From: Perkinsus olseni
Taxonomy: Eukaryota
Direction: 5' to 3'
DNA length: 64,000 nucleotides
Assembly (NCBI GenBank): GCA_013115125.1
Contig: JABANN010000025.1
Location: 1 to 64,000, forward strand
Shown here: piece by piece, positions 1 through 12,500 of the stretch
Position numbering within the stretch: the first letter of the stretch is position 1
Layout: every line of letters starts with the position of its first letter
Program-made: the position numbers and the translations under genes
Notes under the pieces: model-generated
Database searches by the model: none
What the model was told of the DNA's origin: nothing
The model's input: the letters and a program-made list of their open reading frames with translations, nothing else

Positions 1-17
1 GCTTCAGGACCACCGAG

Positions 18-500
18 TTGTCATTCAAACGCCAGCCTTGCAGTACGGGTGGTTTCAGGTACTTATTGAAAAAGCAACGTGCGATGGCCCAGCTGGTGAC
101 AGGCCTGCGAGAAATACAACGTCAGAGGCGAGAAGAACTGAATCTGCCAGAGCCAGATCTGCTCGAGGCCGTTGATGGCTGTGACGATGGGGATGACGAG
201 GGCGCATCTCAGGATGGCCGCCAGTGGCTGGGACAACAGGGTGACGCGATTTTCCAGCAGGAGCCGAGTGAACTCCATTTCGACCCGCCGCCAAGGGTAG
301 ACGACAAGGGTGGTGGCGAGGATGTCGTGAATGACGACTGTGAAGTATCTCGTGAGTGTGTGGCTAGTGGTGAAGCTGAGAAGGGCGGTGCAGCTGGAAG
401 TGAGGACGTGCCGGAAGTGATGGAGGCGGTGAAGGACGGGCTGAAAACCGAAATGAGAGATTTCCTCCGGTCCCTACGGGAGCAATCCAGTGTGTCATGA
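18..500 (+). CDS. 3' part of a hypothetical acidic protein (gene probably begins upstream of the window)
   Basis: A 160-codon open frame rich in Asp/Glu ends at TGA 498-500. No family recognised. Confidence 0.35.
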   Translation: MSFKRQPCSTGGFRYLLKKQRAMAQLVTGLREIQRQRREELNLPEPDLLEAVDGCDDGDDEGASQDGRQWLGQQGDAIFQQEPSELHFDPPPRVDDKGGGEDVVNDDCEVSRECVASGEAEKGGAAGSEDVPEVMEAVKDGLKTEMRDFLRSLREQSSVS

Positions 501-666
501 GTATTGCTGATGCGGTATGTAGCGTCTCGTATCAGACATCGCAGCTTGCGTTAGTTAGAATGATGCTGATAAGGGTTACTGTGACACTTTTGTACTTGCC
601 TGCTAACTCAACAATCAACAGTTTGATGACGGCTGCAGGTCTACAGCATGATATGGTGCAAATGAA

Positions 667-1831
667 TCAACTTGTCGTTAGGACGTTCTCAGAGGACCCT
701 CGACGCATCGACTGCTCAGCTTTCATCTCATTCAGCTCAGCTACCCAGGGTGGACTGGAAGGAGAGGCCCTTTGTCCACGGAGATCGGACGTGTTGCTCA
801 CTTCCAGCCGACTGGCTCCAAGTTAAACTTGTCAAAGTCACCATCTCTCAGGTTGTATTGGCCAGGCCCGGGGCCCTTTTGCCGTATGTCATCCTGTAGC
901 AGTATTCCTTGATCATCCAGTCAGGCTTCACGGCTCACCTGTGCCTTCTCCCTCCCAGTCAGAGTTATCATTCTCATGCTGGCCCCTGGATGCTGTCGTG
1001 TGTTGTATCTATCATCGGCCCCTGCGGCGGAACCGGCGTATGGCTACCTCCCTACTGATCTGGTCCTGGCTTGAACATCTCCTCCTTGAACAGCTTAGTG
1101 TCCAGTTTACGTGTTTGGATTGTTATCTTTGGGCACAGGTGTCCAGGCTCGACTCTGACGAAAAACAATATCATAGCGAGCAACCCTACCAAGCCCTCCA
1201 ATCATGTATTCGAAGCCGGTGGTGAGTATAGGTTCACAATCGGAGAGAGTAGCTGTGGATAATCGCTACGACAAGCCTTACCGTGTATCGTAGGCAGCAG
1301 GCCCAGGCCCAGCAGCCAGGGAGTGTCGGTACCTGACAGCAACGCCCGTTCTCGCTATGCTTCATAATATGCCTGTGACCTCTCTTCTGGATTGGGGAAT
1401 CTCGGCTTGAGTTTCATGTTAGTGTATATCACTGAGCGCCTCGTGAAGTGCTTGGATGGGTCGTACGAGTCCGGTGATGCTATGTAGTCGCCTCTGACAG
1501 CGAGGGAGCAGGCGTCCTCGAACTGGCTGGAGAGACTGTCCTTACTTTGCCTTGCCGTAGTCGGGCCTGTCTCCTATACCGATGCCAGCGGCTCTGTCCT
1601 GTTCCAAGTTGCCTCTCCAAAAGGCGTTGGAGCCGTAGTAGAGGTCCCCACTCGGCGTAAACCGACCTGCAAGGTTGGACATTCCTCGCCGCCCGGTCCG
1701 CGGTGCTCTGCGGTACCCGTTCTCACTATACTGGGGTCGTTGAGGTAGTCCCGGCTAGCCTTACCGAATCCCCAGCCAGCCCTCCACTTGGCGAACCGTG
1801 CTTCGCTGAAGGATGAGTTTAATTGTACCAT
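667..1831 (-). CDS. ODF3/SHIPPO1-like protein with sperm-tail PG-rich repeats (multi-exon)
   Basis: Minus-strand exons read MVQLNSSFSEARFAKWRAGWGFGKASR...HRGPG, ASPDSYDP, AAGPGPAAYDT and QKGPGPGQYNL. PGPG-x-Y repeats with FG..R spacers are the STPGR signature. Confidence 0.65.
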
Positions 1832-1953
1832 ATTGGTCAGAAGCAGGCGTTTGGCCAAACTGCGCAGTAGCGTTGGGGAATTTCAAGATTGTACAAGAAG
1901 GCAAGATGTTTACGACGTAGCGTCACGTCTTCCTCGACTGATCTCGTCCAGCA

Positions 1954-2759
1954 ATGAGCAACCCTGTGAGCTTCACACAGCTTCAGCGGATAGCCCGGGC
2001 CTTACCGTGCGTCCCCTTCAAAGGCATCGAGAAATTCTACGACATACAGGGCCTGTTGTCCAAGCCTGATGACTTCCAGGAGGCCATATGTCTCCTAGAG
2101 GCTAAGTCAAGGTACTATGGCGGGGAGTATGGCGAGGAGTGGTATGGAAATAAGGTTGGAGGTGGCGCGGTAGCGTAAATGGAGCTGGGACCGTTTATAA
2201 GGGCTGAGTATAGGCTGGATAGAAGGCGTGTGTGGCAGGTCCCTGCGGCCTACTGCCATAGTGGGAATCGATGCTCGAGGCTTCCTCCTTGCGGCCCCTA
2301 TTGCCTTAAGACTCGGTGTGCCGATGGTGATGGCCAGGAAGGCTGGGAAGATGCCGGGATGCTCTCATCGCTCTACTTACGCCAAAGAGTAATAGTATTG
2401 TTGGCTACCGTGGATGAGCAGAGATGAGGCGACCGTCACCACGTCGTCAGGTACGAGACTGGGGACACGATGGAGATACAGGATGGTGCTCTCAAGGAGG
2501 GTGATAGGGTCATCATAATGGACGACCTCCTCGCCACTGGCGGTACAATGAGGGCCGCCGCCTCTCTTGTTGAAGGTAACCGTCAATGAATGTACGTGTG
2601 CTCACAGTTTTCTCCTCAGAGGCTGGTGCTAAGGCCGTCGGGTGCCTTTGTATAGTAGAGCTGGACGCGCTCAAAGGTCGGGAAACTTTGTCCTCCCCTG
2701 AGAGGGAAGTCTGGGCCATGGTTAATCAGGCCGTGTTGGATTCTATCGTCAAGGACTAG
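1954..2759 (+). CDS. APRT: Adenine phosphoribosyltransferase (4 exons)
   Basis: Spliced translation: [16 protein letters not shown] ... [34 protein letters not shown] ... YAKEYE ... [19 protein letters not shown] (PRPP-binding motif) ... [11 protein letters not shown]. Stop TAG at 2757-2759. Confidence 0.95.
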
Positions 2760-3072
2760 TGTCCTCTGTCTTATCCGTAATTTTGCTGTTACTGTTTGGC
2801 AACTAGCGTTTCGACGTTTCCCTGCGCAAGTCAGTGCTACCAGCCGCGTTGTGGTTCTTGCGCTACTCCGATGTTCTTTCCTGTGGGAGCTTGTTGTATG
2901 TTCAATCGTGGAAGTGCGGGATTCCTGCGACGACACGTACCGGGCCTAAACTTCTAAAAATTCTCAAGATGAACTAGACTTTTTACCAATCGTACAGTTC
3001 CAAGGCGGCATAATTCTATTCGGGGCTCATCGGATACTAGCATTTGCTCTCTTCGGCTTCTTTTTCTTTTCA

Positions 3073-4620
3073 ATGGTCAAGCCGTCAGTCCGCCGCTTAA
3101 CCCTTCCTGCCGAAGTTGATGATACGCAGCCGTGTACTGGAGAAGTGAGTGCTGAATCCCTTGGACTGGGTGCTGTTGATGTCTTGCCGGGATGTAGTGT
3201 TACGAACGAGGACATCACAATCGATAAGTCCACTCTTGGGTTGGGCCTTCCCGTTGGGGAAGAGGGAATCTACTCCGGTCTGTCTTGGACGAATCACCAG
3301 CCTGAGTGGTCGTGCGCGCCTTACTCAATTCGGGGTGTGTCCGACTCGGATTCGTCGCTGGGGCATATGAGGTCCCCTTTGCTATGCAGGTCTTGTTGGG
3401 AGAGACTTAGGTTAATACTGTCATCGCACTTGGCTGCGTGAGAGAGAAACTGTACATTTCGAGTAGGATTGAGCATTCATCAGAACCTTCGACCCGCCAG
3501 GCCGATTCGGCGTGTTTCGAGGTACATGGAGGCGATCATTCATGGCTTGACGCGGCTGTGCCCCAACTGTGAGGAGCCAGTCTCGGAGTTCTCACTGTTC
3601 TGACTGGGTGAGCAGGCCGAGGCCCGATGGACCTGAGCTGTCGTGAGTTGTTGGGAGACTCAGTAGTAGAGGGAATAGGAGGCTGCGCGATAGACAGTGA
3701 AGCTAACCGCTGCTCAAGGCCTTCATGGAATGTGATACCGGGCCATGTCAGCCCTGCCACATGTCCTACCGCATCACGCGGGAGGAATCGCCGTGAATCT
3801 ACCGCGTGCATGATACCATGATCGAGACCTTCCGGCGCTTCACGGCATGTCCCGAGTTCACTCGCTCGTCTCTTAGTTGTTTATGGAGGATCCTTGGTTA
3901 ACTCCTGCTCCGCATAGGTTCATGGTACCGAAGCGAGGGATCGGCCTGAGACTGCTGTTCGCCTGTGCAACATTGCTCAGAAAAGCATGCTTTGATCACA
4001 TGAAGATCTTCTAGGCTGTTGCGGCTCGGTTGGGGTGCCATTTTCTCATAGATTGTTCGTGTTTGGTGGTCAATTAACGAGAAAGTGTCGTTAGCTTTAC
4101 AGTTGGCCTGCGTTACTTCGAAAAAATTGTGGCCTTTGTGACGCATGTTCAGCACTGGGAGGCGGTTCGACTCTCCCAGGCTGTCTAGCGTGGTGCCTGG
4201 CCCGGGAACATACGGTAAGGAAACCGTGCTTGCATACGACGGTCGCCGCCCCCTCCTACGTTGCTCGTCTCATCGGCTGGTTCGAGCTATCTCAACATTC
4301 ACTTACTTCTGCTGATCAGAGTCGAAGAGCTGCTTCGAGCCGCCCTTGTCCCCTGAAGTCTCCTACATCGGCTGCCGGGAAAGCGCCGATTGGCTTTTTG
4401 AAGGTTGGCCATCTTGCCTCCCCGTAGCGATTTCACAGCGCAATCCGTTCAGTTTCGCCATCACGCCGGGTGCGTGGAGAAAACAGTGAAGGTTCGCCAC
4501 CGTCGAAGGGCGCTCTGTCGCGAAGTGTTACACAGCTGGAGCAGTCCCTGCGGCTGAGTCGTAGGTCATAACTGAAGTATGGGATCTATAGACCGAGTCA
4601 GGGACGCCTTCAAGCCTATG
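3073..4620 (+). CDS. Hypothetical multi-exon gene with one PG-rich repeat exon
   Basis: ATG 3073 follows a polypyrimidine tract. An exon at about 4154-4214 reads TGRRFDSPRLSSVVPGPGTY and is followed by donor gtaagg. Linkage of these exons and the 3' end are uncertain. Confidence 0.3.
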
Positions 4621-4699
4621 GAGTATGTCGACTAGTGACAGGGACTCCTGGATAGTGCACACAATGGACCGGACTGGCAAAGTGTTGGTGCGGCGGGGC

Positions 4700-7292
4700 G
4701 GGGAAGATCTGCGGGTAGGCTCGACCTGATATCTTGTTCTGTCGTTCTTGCGGAAGTCTCATCGTGAAACTCTCACAAGAGTCGGAGACGCCCGGATATC
4801 GAGTTGCCCAAGGCCTCACTCTCGGGTTAACGAGTCCGTGGTCGTAGCACGGCATAGTTTGTGTATCGGATAGCGGCAAGCCCGCGGGGCTGGGCAAGGT
4901 GTTTGCACATTCCTCAGACTTCATGTGCCCGAGGGCCGGGAATATACTATGATCCCTTGCGAGAACGGGAGCTCAACACCAGCTGTGTGAAGAGCCACAA
5001 CTTTAGAGGCAAGTGCGAGGAGGCCACAGCCCTTTGGTAGGAATCTACGGGGTCTAAATGATCTTACTGTCGTCCTGCAGGCACCGTAGTGCTTACTCGC
5101 ACAAGTATCGAGGGGCTCGACCAGCAGCACATAGTGTATTATCTTTCTCGGGTGAGTCGAGCGTCCGCGAGCGGTTTTCAGCACTCAGAATCGCTGGAAG
5201 ACATTCGCTGTGCGAATCCGTGTGTCCCTGGAGGTTGTGAATTGCACGGCTTTTGACAGTGCACCGACGTTATCAATTGACCGGAAGTATAGCTGACAGT
5301 GGAATCGATTCAGCTCGATGGAGAGGATATCGTCCACGGTGATCCATCAGGTGGCTGGTCGAACCCTCCATTGCCGAGGAACTTCAATCGAAGCTCATTC
5401 ACCGACTACAGCTGGCAGAGCCTATTGGCTGATGCTCGCGAGAGTATAAATGCTTCTGGAAGGCTACTTGCCGAGGAGGTGCTCCTATGGGTACCGAGGG
5501 AGTGATTGACTAATTCCTGTCAGCATCGGCGGCATGCCCACGGTAACACCCACACCGATCTGCAACGCTTTGGTTTGAGTAAAGGATATGTAGCCGACCA
5601 GGCCAATGCTGATCGAAGGTAGGGGAGGACGCTACCTTGAGAGGCGTCTTGTGAGTTCACCTGGTATGTCGCTTAGTCATTCGCCATTCGAAGTGCTGCT
5701 GGCCGGCTCAAGGATGGACGTAGCGGATGCACTGCGGGACATTGTCGATGTTTCGCCACCCGGGAGTGACGCAGGTAGCTTCTCGATGCCAAGCACGGAT
5801 GTCCGCTATTGAGTGGCTTGTCCTTTAGGGACACCGAAGGCTCCGAGACGACCGCTCTTCTCGTTGGAGGAGTGTAGCATCCCTGACGAAGGCTTCGCTT
5901 TGAGCGTTGAAGCCACACCTGAGCATCCTGAGAATCTCTGGCAGAGTTTGGTGTGAGAGCCATTTTACCAGGCCATGCAGTTGAATCCAACCATGGGAGT
6001 GAATCCTCCTTCGATGTTGGGCTAGTGTTGGGCTTGCTAATGACGTTGGGAGGGATCGCCACCTTCAATGGCGAGAGAATGGTGTTGCAATCTGTGTTCC
6101 GTCTACTATCCAGTTCAATCTGTCGTTATGTCGGGCGATGCTGTTGAAGTTGCTGTTGGCTACGACCTATCATACGGCCAGGTTGCTAGTACCGTGAAGA
6201 AACTGATACCACCGTAAAGGTTAGAACTGTCTGCTCCAGTCTCGTTCCAGTTGGCACCCTTCAGATACCGCCCGCTAGGTTTTGGAGAGGTGCACTCATA
6301 TTCCGGTGCTGGGATACTGCCTATCAGCATCAACCCTGATGACAATGAAGTTCTGGTAACCTACTCGGTTGCCTTTTTTTTGCGCTTGTAGGACTTTTGG
6401 CAGGTCCTGGTCCAGAAACTGAAAGGCGCGGATGATGGCATGCGCCTCTTCTACGATTTTGGTGGCCCCAAGCAGGGGCCGCCACTTTTCGGAGTAGCAC
6501 GGGAGCGTCAAGTGCCGATGAGTGGATCTCCGAATTCTCTGGTTATTCCTGGTTAAGTCCTCTTTGAGGTCTGTTTCCTCTCAGTTTCAGCCGAATCGTC
6601 GATCCAGTGTGGGAGCGGGGATCGCTTACGATAGCACTCTGGTCGACGCACTGTAGCGAGAGTTACTTGGCGGTGTTCTCGCGTGCACGACCTCGACCAG
6701 ATTCACACCCTTTGAAACGTCCGAATCGCGCCTTGCTCTCTCGAGGGCCAGCGCTCAGTCATGGGCTAGAGAACGGCTCGTCCAGCTGTCTGGCACGGAA
6801 GACCAGGGACGGGTAGATGCTACTCATTGGACGATACGTCGTGTTCTGATGCTTTGTACGGTACAGGCAATCCAGTGCACGCATGTCAGCAGCCGGACCT
6901 GTGAGGAAGTCACCAATGGCCCTTACATCTGTTACTTGATGCCCGTGCATTTCATACACGCCAGCGCGCTCAAGTGAGTAGTGGGACCGTAGCCCATGCT
7001 GCCTTGCTTCACCAGATGGATTCTTCATCATTCGTAGTTACGCGGCTAAGTTATCCGGGGGCGGGTCTCGACACTTCTCGTGGCTGCCTGCTAAGTGCAT
7101 CACTTGCTTCCCGATAGCACCCCGTCAGTCAACACGCAGTCTCCGTTCAGTAGGGCTCACGTACAGGTCTCACTTCTCCGTCCGCGAAAAGAGCGCGCAG
7201 CGCCTTCAGCATCACGTGCGGACCGCGGATCGTTTTCAGACTCTAGAGCGGCTCGTCCCATCAGTAGTGGAGAAGACGCTCTTACACCTTGA
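4700..7292 (+). CDS. Hypothetical multi-exon protein with a possible NUDIX-like segment
   Basis: Exons join across short GT-AG introns, e.g. RLLAEE|HRRHAHGNTHTDLQRFGLSK and YSGAGILPISINPDDNEVL|VLVQKLKGADDGMRLFYDFGGPKQG. The GAGILP...DFGG pattern resembles NUDIX hydrolases. Both ends are approximate. Confidence 0.35.
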
Positions 7293-7883
7293 CGGTGCCC
7301 CACAAACTCAATATCCATGTAGGTCATGAGACGAATCGTTGTCAATGACAACGATTCGAATCCATGTCAGCCCCTGCTCATGGATGATCCATGATGGATC
7401 GGTACGTCGCTTACGCCGTATGAAACCACGACCCATTGGGTCGGACTCACTACTCGAAGGCCCGAACAAGCCAGACTTGTGCGACCGAGACGCTTATATA
7501 GAGGGCATCCCAGCCACCAGGCTGAGCCTTGTGAAGCTGGGTGCTTCTCCGGACATGAAGGGAATTTCCAGAATGCGGAATTCGTGGGGGTTCCGAACTT
7601 CCTCCGCTTCAGGCCAATTCGAGGTAATGGGTGATCGACTTTAATAACTGACTATCGTTGTTCGGAGCTGCACATAGAACGCTTGAGTGGTGTTCACATG
7701 AAGTTCAAATATAGGAATAGTAACTTGCTGAGGGGTCTGGGTCAATCTGGTGTTGCGTCCGACTTGAACGGTCCAACACAGGCGGCTAACAGCTCTCATT
7801 GCATTTCAAAATGGTTTCCAATGAAAACTTTTCATATCGGGCAGGCGAGCCTTGAACCGTGGGCTGGAGAGGAACTCGCACCG

Positions 7884-8806
7884 CTACCACTTGTCCAGCG
7901 GTGCTGCCTCTTGAAACTCCGATGAGCCATCATACGAGGCCAGTTCATGGCCTCGTGGCTTTGATCGACGTTTCTGGAGATGAAATCAAAGTCACTTGAT
8001 CACTGCACAGTGAGGGCTGGACACTCCAATGAAGGCCGCTCATCCAGCTCGTATGCCAAGGCTGCGGGTGATCCAAAGAGAAGTAGTATCATAGCACTGC
8101 TATGTTAACAGAATTGTTGTTCAGCGCCTTGACCCACACCGACGAGCACAAGTCCGGCATAGCTAGATTCAAGTGACTTCAATCAAGTCCAGTCACGCAA
8201 CTGGAGAAGAAAAGCGTAATCCCTGTACTTTATTAACCCTTTCTCATGAACTAGCAACTGAACACTATGATATCAGCGATACCCGGTTGAGAACACCATC
8301 ATGCAAAAAGGATACGAGGGTCATAAATGATACGATGTCATGAATTAATTATCAGTCAACTACGTCCCCGTCTACGCGAGGATGCTCACCATAAAAAAAG
8401 CAATCATCAACCCCCAAGTCTTCATGTCCTTGACATGCTTAGCACCAGCTTCCGAGACCACTTCAGCGGTTGGGGAAGTAGTGCTATTCCACGGGCATTC
8501 TTGGACAGTGCTCTCGATGCCGAGGTCGCCGAGCACCTTCTCCCACCACGCCGACAGCTTGACAAAATTCAGCCTGAAAAACAATCTATAAGCCAACTAC
8601 CGAGGGTGCTTCCGTACTTACTCTGTGCGGTGTTCCTCTGGAATCGTCCACCAGATCGGAAATTGTGCGGCCCTGAGCTCATAATCGTTGTCCGAACTGT
8701 CAAGCTGGGCCTGCAAGCTGTCCCAGTCCACGGAAGTTTCCGCACGAGTGGAAATGAGGAGACCCACAGAGGTAACGTACATGAGGATACCGGTAGGGAA
8801 CCACAT
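7884..8806 (-). CDS. Hypothetical small membrane or secreted protein
   Basis: A signal-peptide-like start MWFPTGILMYVTSVGLLISTRA is followed by donor gtaagt at about 8621. Exon 2 reads LFFRLNFVKLSAWWEK...WGLMIAFFM, and later exons are hydrophobic. The 3' end is approximate. Confidence 0.4.
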
Positions 8807-9566
8807 TGTAAAGTGTTATCAAGTACTGAACTGTAAAGCACATGACATCCGGCCCCACCTCCGATCAAACATCTTTCGAGTTACAACTTGCAACGCCAGC
8901 CTCGCTCGCCCAACCGTTTCGCATTATTCGAGTGGCGCTCGCCCGAAGAATCCATCGTCGCGCTCGCCCTGGGCGCCTGTCGCTGGCGGTCCGTGCACGG
9001 GCCGCTCAAACGACCAACGCTAGACATCCGGTGATCCACGCCTCCATTGCCGTGATTCAGAGTTACATAGGCTTTGGGCTTCTGCTCCGGTAATCGTTTT
9101 CACAGCTGTGCGGTATAAGTTGTGCATAGAACATCTTTGTTGAGCACTCCTAGAAGTTCACGGGCAACTCCGTTGAAGTCCTTTCACCGGGCCAGAACGG
9201 TAGTGTCGACAATTGGGCAGTTTTATCTTAGCTACAATATTTTGAGTTTGAGTTGACGTGCACGGTGCGCTTTTATACTTCACAAAGGTTCTCTATCACC
9301 AATCTGTGAATCAGATCTGTTCAACCTCTCATTCGATTAAGAAAGTTTGTGTATACCTTGAAACCGGGAGTTTGAAGCTCCCCAACTCGCTGTTCGATCG
9401 ACAACTGCTTGTTATCGTCCCATCTAGAAATAGCAGTACCCGCCTGTAAGGGGTCTACTGTCGGCTTTTCGTCGCATTTCATGGGTTCGCATCTCGGACG
9501 CGCGGAGGGTATTCGTTATAGGGTACAGTCACGTGCTACTACGATAGTTTATATTGCATTCTTGCA

Positions 9567-12500
9567 ATGCCTGTCAACTCTCCTGCTACTGCTAGCATGC
9601 TGACCGGTGAAATCGCCGCGCCTGAGAATCAGAAGGTAGTGAAGGGAATGGAATACAAGTCTTGTAACAGTCCATAATTTTCGCCGTCCTGGCACACATG
9701 CCGGAGTTAGGTCATCGCAGATGGTGTCGGCTTCGATGATGGGAGTTCTCCGCGAGCGGATCCCGGATGTGCCCCGATCGTATGCCTCGAGGTGCTCGAG
9801 AATGAGGTAGGGTACCATGTTGACGCTTCTTATCACTTCTCGTGGGACAGAGCAGCTCGGCGCACTGGCTGATAACGAGTTGTTGGTTTTCGCTGCATTC
9901 ACGCTGCCTTCGCGTTATTCAGCTAACGCGTGTGCTGCATAATCGAGCTGACTCTAACCGTCTTGAGAAGGCCAAAAAGGTGCTGGAAAGATATAAGGGC
10001 AATGACTGGGTAGAGATTAGTCCACGAGAATGGCGGCCGTCATGTGGTCACGCGTGGCAGATTATTCATCAATCCTGTCCGAGCCAGCACGGTTTCCATG
10101 TTTGCGGGTATTCTAGGGTTAAAGTCAGGCACAGAACGGATCTATTTCAGTTACTGGTAGTTACCTGTGGCGGGATGTCGTGGAACATACCGTAACTTTC
10201 GTTACTCAGGTGCTCACTTGGTCGCCAAGATCAAGGAGCCCGATTCATAATCATCCATGCGAGAGGTGCTTTCTAATGCCGCTCCAGGTGATAACACGGC
10301 AGGATGCTTTACAGTTTACCCTTTATTCTAGGGTGATCTCCACGAGGAACGGTATGAAGTTGAGGAGGAGGGACCAACGGGTTTGAGTCATAAACTTATT
10401 GAGAGAACCCCAATACCTATAAGGTTCGTAGCAGCTTCCACTCTCTGCAAAAATCTATTCTCGCCCCTGTAGGACGGCTGCGTGGATCGATAACAGTTTG
10501 GGTTGGCACGCGATTGAGAACTCAGGCGACGGGTTGGGCGTATCGTTGCACTGCTATGTAGTAGCGTCTTGCTGTTTAGTCACGGAGTTACCCGGGGCTG
10601 TACTTAGATTCCGGCATACAGTCAATGTAAAATCATCGACACCATGTCGAAGGAAATACGCAGCGTTGCTTGCCTGCCCAAGGATGTCTGTGTACAGCCC
10701 CTTCATGAAGCGGTCATGGAGAGGACTCGAAAGTGGGACAACTGTGCTGCTCTCTCTCCGCAGGGCTGGCCCGGTTAGGTACATTGCCGCCCAGGAGGAC
10801 TGCTGTTCTGATGACAATCCCCCAATACCGGTGGTCTCGGTAGGTCTCAAGTCTTGGATTGGCAACTGCGATGGATGGTGAGGTCAGGCTCGGGGGAAGC
10901 AAGACATCGAGTCGGCGTTCGCCTCAGCGTCATGTCCGATCGCATTTGAGGAGGAGTGCCCACCTATGGACGACGACTGCCTCAAAAGGGCAGTTGATTT
11001 CACTTGCGATCTTTCTGTGGGATGCAATCGTTGCTGCAGTAGTGGGCAGAGGTTGTCGTCCTACAGGTTAACACGGGTCATCTATTCTTCTTCAATCAAC
11101 TCTTCGCTCGAGCAGATCCCTTGGCGGTTGCAGCGGAGGGCCTTACTGCAGCACTCAACGTTAATATGTAATACCGGCTCGGGGAAGGCCTAGGGTAAAT
11201 CTCCGTGGCTATCAGGTATACTTTCGAGATGGCACCTGTTATGTTACTGATGGAGCATAGGTTACTTCAGCATATGGCATCCTTTCTTGGATGGTACGAG
11301 CATAAAGTCGGGGATACTGGACGATCCACCCCCACTCTGGAAGGTGTGCCGCGAATTGTGCTAGCCGTAGCTAACTGAGGCCTTGGTGTTGCCTTTGGCA
11401 GATGATGGTTTGACGCTGACGAGATTGGCCTCTGGCTTGAGCGATAGGGCCACTGAACAGGTAGACTGGTGGGGCTGCCGGAAATGTGATGTACGCATGC
11501 CCTCTTCAGTTCGACGGAATGCTCCTCCCTGGTGCCTCTCATTGCAACATAACCGCACTGCATGTAGCCAGGCAGCAACTATTTCCTGATACTATCGAGG
11601 AAGGCCTCATGGGGACCTCGGCAAAGGCTGGAGGTAAAGAGATGGGTGGGGGCACCACTCCTGAGACTGGAGTCAGCTTACCTCCGTTAGGTGCTCCCAG
11701 GGGCAGGCTGATGGTATTCACTTCGGCCAACTCCCACTGCTCGATGGAGAGAGGATGCATGATGCTAGGTGGGGAGCATGCTTGCTCATGAGCCTTACGT
11801 TCTATGCCGGGCCGTACTGGAACGTTGATAGACTCCTTTGAGAGCTCATCGCCTTGGTGCTGTTAATCCACTGAATCGATCGATGATTACCAACTTTGGC
11901 AGTGATCCGTCACCAACAAGCTCGCATCTTGGGGGTACGCTCGCCTCTGAGCAGGTCTGGGCAGGAAGAGTCTTGTCTTCGTCAAGTGTGATCCTGAGAC
12001 CTGCCAGATGATCCCCGAGGAGCTCGAGAAGGCGATAAAGGCCGAGGTACAGGAAGAGACCGAGCTTCGCTCCGCTGCGATTTTGGCCTGCAGATTTTGA
12101 ACGGGAATACCCCATTCTTTGTTAATGCCACCGCTGGCAGCACAGTCGCGGGAGCCTTTGACGACTGCAATGCTCTGGCTGAGATTGCCGAGAGGTAATA
12201 CTATCACTCCTGCTAAGATGATCGGATAGGGCTCGGGTCTGAAAACCGAAGTCTTGCTCGATCCAGCCCGATTCTGTTCGGTGACTGGTCTCGGTCTTGT
12301 CTGTGCCTTCGGCTCATTGTGGCATTTAGATTAACTGGGTAATGCAACACAAAGCTCATTGTGGACTTGCTTTTCATCGGCATCAAGTCTTACTGAGCCG
12401 GCGACGGCGTTGAACTCTAAACTGACTCACACACTGATCTCTGAACGTTCTCTTGGGTCAGGTACAGATGCTGGCTGCATGTTGATGGCGCCCTCGGGGC

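Noticed and set aside
5606-5812. KH-domain-like pattern LIEGRGGRYLE...VLLAGSRMDVADAL
   Set aside because: The GRGG part appears to lie in an intron (gtaggg at about 5619).
3073-9922. A model in which the CDO-CSAD gene starts at 3073 with 2.0 kb and 4.4 kb introns containing nested genes (the splice phases happen to fit)
   Set aside because: A simpler model with ATG 9567 and two introns of about 115 nt gives a good CDO N-terminus (PIVCLEVLENE|LTRVLH). The 5300-5478 exon also joins its neighbour at 5524 across a 45-nt intron.
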